A stretch of DNA of 64,000 nt, taken from Eledone cirrhosa (lineage: Eukaryota). The stretch lies in the NCBI GenBank assembly GCA_964016885.1, contig OZ024743.1:16182001-16246000 (forward strand), read 5' to 3'. Of the stretch, positions 53,019 to 64,000 are shown piece after piece. Below the pieces are notes generated by a model. It had not been told where the DNA came from. It saw only the letters and a program-made list of their open reading frames with translations, and searched no databases. Position 1 is the first letter of the stretch, and each line of letters begins with the position of its first letter. Made by a program: the position numbers and the translations under genes.

Positions 53019-53260
53019 TTATTAATATTATTATTATTATTATTATTATTGGCGACCTACTTAGTAAATCGTATCATCGTGAGCTCCGCTAAGGTCTGTT
53101 ATTTCCGTTTGTTAAAAATTGTCATTTATGGAAAATTTTTATTGTTAACTATATATATGCGCACATACATTGTTTTCCGAAAAGGACACCCAAAAAGATT
53201 GGGGCCTGGTGCCCAAAATTTAAACTTTTATGATTATCAAAAAATTTTTTTGAAAAAAAA

Positions 53261-55250
53261 ATGGCTAATTCAACTCTGCACCAAGCAGCTGAAAGCCTTC
53301 TTCACAAATTAACACCTCACACCGACACCACCATTATAAATGTTACTACGTTTTCCAACACTAAAAAAAATATAAGCAGTAGCAATATTTTAAATTCGTC
53401 TGAGGCAGACATTCATTTCCCGCCATTACAAATGACTGCAGGTGTTAAAGCCTCCACCACCACCACCACCGCGACAACCACCACCCCACCACCACCGCGA
53501 CAACAGAAACAAAAGGAAAAAATAAATCAACTCGTGATGTCGAAATAATTTCAACCAAAATGGACTCTTCCACTTCCACACCGAACACCACTGACGTCAC
53601 CACCACCACAACTGAAACTAAAATTAATAATAACAAAAATAACGATAACAACAACAGCAACAATGACATTAAAAAAACCACCCTGAGTTTTGCCGGAGTA
53701 GCAAAACAGTGCGAAGCATTTACGGTAACTCAGGAGGAATTAGAAAATGCCAAACAAATGGTAAAGAAAGATGGGTACAGGGTCAGCCTCACCCCCCACC
53801 TAATAAAATGGAGCATCGGCGCCTATGCACCGTGTCGTATCGAACAATAAATGTAAAATCGCGCCGAGTGGAACGGGTATCCTAGTCCCAAATCCAAAAA
53901 GCTTTGGGACATTGGTGGGCAAGAAAAACCCACATCAGACGTGGGCAGAAGTATGGAACCGTGGACGTGTTCTTTGAAACACCAGAGGAGGCTAGAGAAC
54001 ACTCCATGGCCCCATTAGGAAGTGACGACTTCACAGTCGTCCCAAGCTATTGTGGCCAGAGACTCGTAAAGATCAGGGTGACCCACGTTCCACCGGCCAT
54101 CGAAATTCCCTGGCTAATAGCGGCCGTCCTCGCCGGCATCGAAGCCAACACAAAAATAATAGCAATAGCAAAAGAAAAGCAGGAGAACTGGTCCGGATCT
54201 GGGATGGAGCTCCTGATCCAAGCGGACCAAAAAAGCATTGAGGAGATCCCAGAGGTAATAGACCTCACTGACGGCAGCCACCTCACCGTAATTGTCGAGG
54301 ACAGAAGGCCTAGGTGTGTCGTTTGTGGTGAAGGAACCCACCTAAGGGCTTTCTGCCCTCAGGCTAAAAGGTTGAGGCCACCTCTCCTACCCACCCAGTG
54401 ACTCAACCATCAACACCACCAGTAGCAGAGATGGCAGCAACAACTGTAGCAGCAACAACAGAAGCAACTATAACAACAACAACCCCAGCAACAGTAGCAA
54501 AACCAACACCACCACCAACAGCAAAACCAACACCACCACCACCCAACGCTTCAGAACTAGCACCAGCGCCTACATCATCCACCACGCCACAACCAAAACT
54601 AACGCCTGTGGAGGATTTTCCACTCCCCGGCCTATCACAACTGGAGACAGATTGTGACGACGAGGATTGGGAAACGGTATCAGAAAAAAAAAAAAAACCA
54701 AACATAAAAAAATTCTCTTCCTGACCCCTCCAAAAACAAAATACAGAGGGAAACAAATAAATTAACAAACAAAAAAGTTAGGACAGATATGCCACCATCC
54801 ATAACAGCATCACCAACCCCATCAACCCAAACACCTACACCATCACCATCATTAACCCCAACACCACCATCACCTACACCTCAAAAGTCACCAAAATGCG
54901 AAACAGAAACAAACCCACAACAAACGCAAACAAAACAAAACAACCAAAACGATACACACTACACAGCATTAAATTTGAATAACAAGCAATTATTACACTA
55001 CATCCAACACAACAGCAGCATCACAGAAAAAGACTACACAACAACCCAAAAATTCACACCACCTCCACACATACAAATCACTCGCATCACACAGAAAACG
55101 TACATGACACTAAAACAAAAATTCCCCAAAGACATCGGAGACTTCCGACAAGCACTCTCCAGGAGGATTCATAAGGACATCCTTCCTGAGGAGGCCACAA
55201 GCAGTGAAAAGGATGGAAAAACCGTCCTTCCCCTACGAGAAGTAAGGTAA
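53261..55250 (+). pseudogene. Tx1 ORF1 (gag-like), broken
   Basis: Consecutive ORF pieces with SFAGVA, zinc knuckle and Pro/Thr-rich linker. Confidence 0.85.
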
Positions 55251-55284
55251 GTGGTCTTTCCCATCTTTTCCACTCCTTTTCAAC

Positions 55285-58200
55285 ATGACCTCACTCAGAA
55301 TAGGCAGCATAAATGCGCGTGGCTTGGGGTCGTCATGGAAGCAGGGCCACCTGCTCAATGACCTCAGGTCACTAAACATAGATGTAGTGGCCATCAGCGA
55401 GACCAGAATCTCCGAAGCACGGGCCCTCGCACCGATCTTCGTCGGCTACGACGTGTACGCATCTCCCAGCCGTCTGGGATCGGGAGGAGGAGTTGCTGTT
55501 CTTTTTCGGAGAGGTTTAGATCTCGCCATACGGGCCATCTTCCTGGACCCAGAAGGTAAGTTGGTGGTGCTGGACGTGACCAGCGGAGACGGGCAAGCTT
55601 TCAGGTTAGTGGGCATCTATGCCCCGACAGGAGCAGGGCGGCCTGATTTCTTCCGGCGTTTGGAGACCTTTCTTGGAACGTCCCGCTCTTTAGTGTTAGT
55701 GGGCGACTGGAACGGGATCTTAGATGCACGCTGGGATTGTGTGGGATTAGTGGATAGAGAAGGAGGGTGCAAGAGTCTCACCAACCTGCTTAGGCGTTTT
55801 GAACTATCTGACAGGTACCGAATTGATTTCCCGAATGTACCAATGTGGACTTGGACAAATCGAATAGGGTAATCCAGATCATATCTAGATAGAGTATTTT
55901 GTAGGGAAATAGATAGGTCTAGCATAGGCTGTCCACAATTCAAGATAGTCAGCTACACGGACCACAAATTCGTGATCTGTGTGCTTGACTTAGATAGGCT
56001 TCATAGACGAGGACCCGGCTACTGGAAGCTAAACGCGTCCTGACCAGCGCGCAAGGCCTACAGAGACCGGATTAGCGAACTAGTTAAGCGGGCGTTGACG
56101 GGGCACATCGTCAACAAGAAGTGGTGGTTTGCTCTGAAAAGAGCAATTAGAATAGAGTCCATTAGGTTTAGTAAGGCTTTAGCAATAGAGAAAAATAGAG
56201 CAGAGGGAGAATTAGTTAGAAAATTAGACGAGGCGCTTAGCAAAGGCATCGAGACCGACGTACTTGCGGCGAAATTGGCCCTTGACCAATTCTTCAATGC
56301 AAAGCACGAAGGCTGCGTTGTCAGAGCTAGGTAGCGTGCTCTCAGACACGAGGGGACGAAATCCGTTCAATGGGCCCGAGTGGCGGAGGCACGTCATGGC
56401 AACAAATCCACGATCCGGTCTTTGGTGGACCACGACGGGCGCATGCTACTCGATCCCGGGCAAATGTGTGAAGCTTTTCAGCGACACTTCGCTCAGCTGT
56501 TCGGGGGAAGTGGCGGGCCGGATCGAGAGATGGACTTTAGTGTCTACCTCGACGGACTGCCCCGGCTTTCGGCCACTGAGGCGGAGTGTTGCGAAAAGCC
56601 GATAACAACCGCTGCAGTACGGGAGGCAATGACTGGCTGCACAAGGGGTAAATCGCCTGGTTTGGATGGTCTGCCCTATGAACTTTACGTACAAATGCCA
56701 GACTTGTTCGGAGGCCTCTTGGCGGTCGTCTACTGCAACTGGCAACAGAACGGGAGAATTCCCAGCTCTGTAAGCCGAGCAGCGGTGGCACTGCTGAGAA
56801 AGGATCCGAACAAGGGGGATAACATAGATAATTTTAGGCCCATAACTCTGCTAAACACAGAGTTCAAGATTTTGGCCAAGGTGCTAGCAAAGAGGTTGGC
56901 GCTTGTCGTTGGTCGTCTGGTGGGAGAGGCACAGACATGCGCCATTCCGACAGATCCATCCACGTCAACCTCCACCTCATGCGATACATCGTAGAGAGGG
57001 TAGCTACGGAACCTGGCACGGGTGGGTCTTTGATCAATTTAGATCAGTCGAAAGCCTTCGATAAGGTCGACCATCGTTACCTAGCGGCAGTCCTGAGGGC
57101 GGCTGGCTTTGGGCCCGTCTTCAGAGGCTGGATCGCTGCCATGCACAGCGACATCTGCTCTGTAGTGAGAGTGAACGGTCACCTTTCGGAACCGTTCAAC
57201 ATCATGCGCTCCGTCTGCCAAGGATGTCCCCTCTCGTTCCTATTGTACGTATTGACTCTCGAGCTATTACTGCACAAACTGGAGACGTTGAGAGGGGGGG
57301 GGGTCCCGCATGAACTAGGATGCGGAGGATCCGTGTCAGCATATGCGGACGATGTCACCGTAGTGGTGTCGAACGCCAAACACATCGAGGCGATCGGCAC
57401 TGCACTAAGAGAATACGAAGCGGTGACACGAGCAATGATCAACCAGGAAAAGTCAGTGGGCCTGCAGCTCGGCACCTGGAGAGGCAGGTCCATGCCGTCC
57501 AACAGCGTCGTCGGGCGCTGGACGGACGGACCGGTTAAATTGCTAGGGGTCTGGTTCGGTCCAGACCTCCAGACGGAACAAACTGGACGAGGTGACGAGC
57601 AGGGTGGCTTCTCTCACCCAGAAATGGGCCGAGAGGAAGCTATCCATGAAAGGTCGAGCGGAGGTGGCTAACGCGTAGATCGCGTCCGTCAACTAACACC
57701 GCCTGACCGTCGTACCTTGTCCTAAGCCCCGCCTGACTGCGCTGGAGCGTTTGCTCTTTCGCCTCTTGTGGAAGGGACGCGCTCCGATGGTCAGGCGGTC
57801 CATCTGCTGTCAACACCCGCTACGTGGAGGGCTGGGCATGCCGTGGCTGATGATGCGCAGACACGCTCTCAGGCTACGACATCTCCACCTCTTCCTCGAC
57901 GGTGATCAGGTGTGGTCGCTGTTTGCTAGACACGTTTTTCCCCAGCTCGTCTCCTTGACGGAGCTGCAATCCTGGGTCAAGCGAAGACCGAGAGGGAGCG
58001 CTTGGAGACTCGAATGTCTTCAGGCGCTCACAGCCCTCGACCAATCGGGCAATGTGATCGGTGGAAACTCTACCTTGGCGTTCTATAGGGGATTAGTGGA
58101 GGGGAAGAGCCACGACGTACTTGGAGAAACTCTAGGCGTCGACGAAAATCAACTAGCCAATCTCTTCGGAAGGACTTTCGGGCCGGGGCCTATGGACAAC

Positions 58201-58707
58201 TTCCAGACATCTCTGGCCTGGCATTGCTACCGAGGAGCCTTGCCAGTTTGGGATAAACTCTCCAGGCATGGAGGTGCCGTCAGCCGGGCATGTCCGAGAT
58301 GCGCACTGGGCGACGAAACCGTCCTTCACGCACTCGTCCAGTGTCCGAGCATTGCTGACTTGTGGGTTTATGTCGAACACCTGCTGTCACGTGTAGGACG
58401 GATCCAGCTATCAGCTGAGTCCACCGTGAGGATTGCCCCGCTCTCTTACTTTAGCCGGGAAGGGTAGGCACTTTTTATCTGTCTGGTGGCCATGGCGAAA
58501 GAGATAGTATGGTGGACACGTTTGAAAGGGCTGAAGACGAGCACTTACCTCTTCGGTGATGCCCTGATTAACTTTTTCAAATTTCATTTGAAAAGGAAAA
58601 TCAGGGTAGAGAGGGAAGTGCTCTCTTCCAAGCATTTTGTTGAAAGATGGGTGAGAGAAGCAAGAATGGCCCGAATGAATGGGCCTTCTCTGAGTATGTG
58701 TCTGTAA
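55285..58707 (+). pseudogene. Tx1 ORF2 (EN-RT-ZnF), broken
   Basis: Stops at 55872, 56334 and 58467 plus several frameshifts. Confidence 0.92.
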
Positions 58708-58977
58708 TTTAAAGGTGGAAAACTGGGAGAGGGCACTTGCCCTGGTGGTCAGGGTCACTGTGGTCTTTTAATGGGCTTTCTCCACAAATGTCCCTCGGAA
58801 GTCTCCCCCCCTATTGGGGAATTTTTCTTTGTTATTTTATTACATCCTCTGTTTTTTTTACACGCAGAAATGCCCATTTGTACCGTCCTGTATTGTCCTG
58901 TACTGTCCTTAATGTCTACTTCATGTAAACCCTTGTGGTTAATAAAGAAAACATTATTATTATTATTATTATTATTA

Positions 58978-61145
58978 CAGTTGCATTTATCTTGCTTTAT
59001 GTTCATACGAGTTATCACCAAGTCACAACCAGTGACCTCAAGAGACAACAAGGTCCGTCATGTTCAAGAAAGAACATACATACTCACACATGCATCTTTA
59101 GTGTTTAGACTTGTGATGTACTTATATTGACAGAATCTTCCTTAGTATATGGGCAGTTCCCATTAGTACTATCTTTTGTATTTCTCCTATACGCGGGTTT
59201 CCTGGGATTTGCGATAAGTAATCATTAGACCCCTTAGGTATTATTCCCAGAGCGCCTACAACCACTGGTATTGTTTTAGTTCTCAATTTCCAGATTTTTC
59301 CAATTTCTATCTCCAGGTCTTTATACTTGCTCGATTTTTCAAATGTTTTTATAGATACATTCTTGTCTATTGGAACAGACAGATCAATTAGCAGGCATAC
59401 TCTAATTTTTGGGATTGTTTGTCTCATCATTCTTCGGAAGCAGGAATGTAATGCCGTTAACTAGCCATGATGGTATCTTTTCTGGCTCCTTAACTATTTC
59501 ATTGTAAAGTTGGGCTAACAGCTCACGAGACTCTGTGAAGGCATTTATCCAAAAGTTTTGTATTTTGTCTTTTCCTGGGGATTTCCATTTGCTGGTTTTT
59601 ATTAGAGCCAAGCCCAACTGTTCAACTGTTATATTTTCCCATATTTGTTCATCAAGGTGAGCTGTATCTTTCATTTGTCTGTCTATCCATGGGGCATGTA
59701 TGTTATGAACTTTTTCTTCGGCCCAGATCTTTTCCCAGAATTCTTGCACTTCCTCCTTGGGTGGTATTGATTTAGCAGTTATTGTTGACTTACCAATTTT
59801 TCTGTAGAAGTTTCTTTGGTTGTTTTTGAGCATATTATTGTCCTTATAGAATCTAGATCGTTTTTCAAAGCGCCTTACACGAGCAGCATTGGCCGACACT
59901 TTTTGTTTGATTATTTCTATCAGCATATCTATGTCACTTGTTGATTTTATACTGTACTTTTTTTTCAATTTTCTAAGTTTAGTTTGTTTAACATGTTCAC
60001 CTACTTTATAGTTTGTTAAAATTTCTATGTCAGATCGGAGTAGGTTTATTTGGCGATTGATGTTCTCTTGCCAAGTAGATTTCTTGTGGGAATTCCTTTG
60101 CTTTTTCATCTTCACTCCACATAAGTGAGTGGTGACTTTAGCCGATGCATAATAGAGATGATTTAAATCAGTAATGTTTAGTTTGTTTGTGATGATAATG
60201 TTTTTGAGAATTATGTTAGTCTTGTGTATTATCTTTTGGTTCTGTTTGGAGTTCTGGATCTTAGGGAGGGTGTCTCGTTGCCCCATGTCAGATTCTTTCA
60301 TTTTCATCCATTCGATCATAATTTCATCCTTCAAGTTGGCAAGTTCATTCTCATTCATTTCTTTATCATTTACGATCTCATTATTTTCATTTGGAGTTTC
60401 ATCTTGAGCATGCACTCCCTCCACTTTTCGATCCTTTCTTTAATTTGTTCTGTTGCCAGTAATTTCGCCCCAACCCTGGGATTCGAAGTGTTACAATTTA
60501 CCTCGTTTTCACTGACACATGTTTCATTTTCCCTTCGCTGACTTTGTGCTAATAGCTTGATCTGATCAATTTCTATATCAGTTAGTAACTTTTTTCTTAC
60601 AATATTTCTTCGTATATTGGCTAGTTTGTTACTGTCAATATAGCCTCTGTTTTCGGGATGTTTCTTTTTACAGTTGATATATGTCTGTTCTGTATTCGAT
60701 GTATTTGATGGGTAGTACATGGCAGTGTAGAAAGCCTCAAGGACTTCTTTATTATCTTCCCTTGACCATTCTTCTCTCTTTTTCTTTGGATTTCTTGGTG
60801 GTGAGCATGGAGGGCCAACAGTAGGAGTATTCCAGTTATGGGAGGCCTCCAGCTCCGAAGTGATGGGAAGGTTTGAACCATTAGCTGATTTTTCGACCCC
60901 AGTCTGGTTCCTCTCTGAAGGACGCGGCCCTTTTTTACCCGGGTGACGGCCGATCCGGTATGAGATTTTATCATTAGACATTTACTTTATTTTGTCGCGT
61001 TTTATCCTTATCCGCCAAGGGGTAATCATTTCGTGTTACCACCTCTAGAACGAGTGTCAACCAAGACTAGAGGGGTCGTTCTCCCCTAGAGACACGGCTA
61101 TTCCCCGCCGGCCGCCATCCCGGTATTTCTTGGTCACGGGGTTTT
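58978..61145 (-). mobile_element. Dong/R4 family B, both ends retained, internally deleted
   Basis: 5'UTR ~60982-61145; ORFs 60370-60981 and 59402-60424 (KSPGKD..LLPK..NPKN) jump at ~59403 to the REL C-terminus; 3'UTR matches 48287. Confidence 0.92.
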
Positions 61146-61227
61146 CTTTTTGTTGTTTTTTTTAAATTGTTATTATCATGAGTGGTTCCTTAATGAGAGA
61201 ATTGCGTGGCTTAAGAATGAAATTATT

Positions 61228-61277
61228 AATAATTGTCTCCACTCTAGGCACAAGGCCAGCAATCACCCAGTGCATTA
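61228..61277 (-). mobile_element. SINE family A 3' end
   Basis: aattgtctccactctaggcacaaggccagcaatcacccagtgcattac. Confidence 0.75.
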
Positions 61278-62086
61278 CAATAATATAATATACTTTTTGC
61301 TGAAGTTGCCTGTTATTGTTGTTGGCTATATCGGTGGTGGTTCTGGGGCTATTTATATTGTTGGTGAGAAAGGGGTGAGCCAGCAGTGCCATAGTTGTTG
61401 ATGTTGACGTTTGACCGGTGGCCAGGTCACTAAGTCAATCTATTTATATCTTTTGCTAGCTTCTCCCTTGTCTAGTGATACCGCCACCTTCCCCTTTCTC
61501 TCTCAAGTTAACAGGGGAATAGTGGTGGTAGCAATGAAGGAGTGGTGGCGGCGGTGATGGGATAGTGGTAGCAATGATGGATGGAGTGGTGGCGGTGAGT
61601 TTTGTGTTATGAGTGTGTGTCGCGTATGTTTAATATATATTGTGTTGACATATTCCCGTAAAATTGGGATTAAACATTTTGTTAAAACTTGAGACAATAA
61701 TAATAGTAATTATTATTATGATGCTGGGATTGGTGGTGCTGGTGAAATTGCCGTTATCTGGCTGTTATATTTAGTGTGATGGGGTAGGTGGTGTATCAAG
61801 TTTCTGGTGTTGGTGAAATTGCTGTTATTTGGCTGTTCTATATAGTGTAGACAGAGAGTGTTTTCTTCCAATTATATCCATTTTCTTTTTTGAATACAAA
61901 ATATATAATACAAAATTGAATATTTGAGCGATATAACAATATAATATGGATCCGAAATTTTATGGGACTTGACTCGGTGGTTTATGCAACATTTGTACTA
62001 AGAATTGTTATTTCACAATTGATTTAAATATGTTAAAAATCAAAAACTTACGGGAGCGATTTCATGACCTTCTACCACCTCGTGCG

Positions 62087-62134
62087 TCTTCTTCCCTTCT
62101 TCTTCTTCTTCTTCTTCTTCTTCTTCTTCTTCTT

Positions 62135-62208
<74 letters not shown>

Positions 62209-62217
62209 TATTATTAT
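62087..62217. repeat. (CTT)n(ATT)n compound microsatellite
   Basis: Direct reading. Confidence 0.95.
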
Positions 62218-62219
62218 AT

Positions 62220-64000
62220 GGACGCACATGTATGAAGACGTACAAGTCTGTGGGGAAGCAACGCATCTGAAAGCCTTCTGCCCTCAACTAAAAAATGCAG
62301 GGGTTCGCAAACCTCCTTTGTTGCCAACGCCAGTGTCATCACGGAAAGCCGCACCACCACCAAAAGCAACACCACCAACATCAAAAACAGCCGGTCAACC
62401 ACCAACACCGAAACCAATCCAAGGCGAAAACTAGGAAAGCTCTCCCCTAACCGTTCCAATTATACATATAGAAAAAATAATAAACGCACACACAGACACA
62501 GATACACTCACAGCCACTGACCCTTTGTCTTCCATCAGAGAAGATGAAGGAGAACCCAAAAGTGCCAAAAAACAGGGTCACCTCGACCTCAGATCTCTGG
62601 AAATGGATGTGATTGCTGTCAGTGAGACCATAATTTCTGACACGCGCACACTAGCCCCCATTTTCGACGATTATCAGATCTTCGCATCTGTTAGCAGGCT
62701 GGGAATGGAAGGTGGGGTGGCAGTGCTGTTTAGGAAAGGACTGGATCACGAGGTAAGGTCGATCTTCCGCGACCCGGACGGTACGTTGGTGGACTTGGAT
62801 GTGAGCAGTAGTGAAGGTGGTGCTTTTAGACTGCTGGCCGTTTACGCCCCTACTGGGGCCGGACGACCGGTCTTCTCTAGGCGCCTGGAGACTTTTCTGT
62901 GTACGTCTCGCCCTTTACTGTTAGCGGGGGACTGGAACGGCATGTTAGACGCATTCTGGGATTGTGTGGGAGTAGCTGATAGGGACGTGGGGGGGGGGGG
63001 GCAAAAGCCTCAAGCATCTAATCAGCTAGTTCCAACTGTCTGACAGGTATCGACTAGATTTCCACAATGCGCCAGTGTGGACATGGACCAACCACATTGT
63101 GTCATCTAGATCGTATATAGACAGGATCTTCATTAGGATATAGATAGAAATAGTGTAGACTCTCCACTTTCTTAAACGGTCGCCTATTCAGATCACAAAT
63201 TTGTGATCTTTACGTATTGACTCTCGAGCTTTTACTGCGGAAGCTGGAGCTGCTGGACACCTCAGAAATCGAGGTGGTCGGCAACTTATTAGAGGCATAT
63301 TAACGGTTGACGGGTGCAAAACTTAACCCGGAAAAGTCGGTGGGCTTGCCGTCCAACAGCATCGTTGGACGGACGGACCCGTAAAGTGGTTGGGGCCAGA
63401 CCTCCAGGTGGAAAAGAATTGGGACGATGTAACGAGCAGGGTAGCCAGTCTCATCCATAAATGGGCTGCGAGGAAGCTATCGCTGAAAGGTCGCGCGGAG
63501 GTGGCGAATGCGTACATTGCGTCCGTCATCTACTACCTCCTGACCGTCGTGCCTTGCCCCCGTCCGCGCCTCAAGTTGGAACGGCTTTCCTTCAAATTCT
63601 TGTGGAAAGGACAAGTTCCGTTGGTGAGGCGGTCCATTTGCTGCCAGCACTCTCTACGCGGAGGGCTAGGCATGCCGTGGCTAATGATTCGCTGAGGCTG
63701 CGAAATCTCCAGATATTCTGCCTAAACGGTGAAAAGGTCTGGTCGCCGTTTATCAGAGGGGCCTTTCCGCAGGTCATTTCTTTGATTGAGCTGCAGTCCT
63801 GGGTCAAGAAGAGACCGAGACTGGGTGACTGACACCTGGAATGTTGCCAGGCCCTCCCTGCCCTCTACCAAGCGGGCAATGCGATCAGTGAGTCTTCTAC
63901 TCTCGAGTTCTATAGAGGATTAGTGATGGGCAAGTGCGATGACGCCCACGGAGAAGCTTTGGGCCTTGACGAAGTCGAACTGACCAGTCTGTACCAGAGG
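62220..64000 (+). mobile_element. Second Tx1/L1 element, deleted and decayed, runs off window
   Basis: CGEATHLKAFC, endonuclease ORF 62525-63043, jump at ~63210 from the EN end to RT YVLTLE, and LSLKGRAEVAN..RGGLGMPWL; paralogous to 53051-58952. Confidence 0.92.

Larger units (their letters stand above)
53051..58952 (+). mobile_element. Tx1/L1-clade non-LTR retrotransposon, near full length, inactivated
   Basis: ORF1 pieces with CCHC CVVCGEGTHLRAFC; ORF2 with APE endonuclease (NARGL, SET, GDWN, TDH), RT (PGLDG, QGCPLS, YADD) and CPRC..H...C; aataaa; (ATT)n on both sides. Confidence 0.96.

Overview
AT-rich, repeat-dominated eukaryotic DNA with no host gene that can be called with confidence. 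The SINE/LINE complement and microsatellite load suggest an octopod cephalopod; this is an inference. Contents: Penelope-like (PLE) relics, many RTE-clade LINE fragments, a CR1 fragment, tRNA-derived SINEs with clear TSDs, a piggyBac-like MITE family, and a decayed hATm-type DNA transposon (35124-37688). There is also a ~13.5 kb nest (47.7-61.2 kb) of five Dong/R4 insertions plus a near-full-length Tx1/L1 element, separated mostly by (ATT)n, with a second Tx1 at the right edge. Most tracked ORFs are microsatellite or antisense artefacts. The most notable signal is a set of minimal type I hammerhead ribozymes (3108, 4699, 5135, 24734, 25405). Three of them lie in two non-coding tandem-repeat, retrozyme-like elements. 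Several of these elements form fold-back inverted duplications in which one arm begins within a few nt of the predicted self-cleavage site. Also notable are a highly structured Dong 5' UTR (possible HDV-like ribozyme) and a possible Tx1-SINE partnership on ATT targets.
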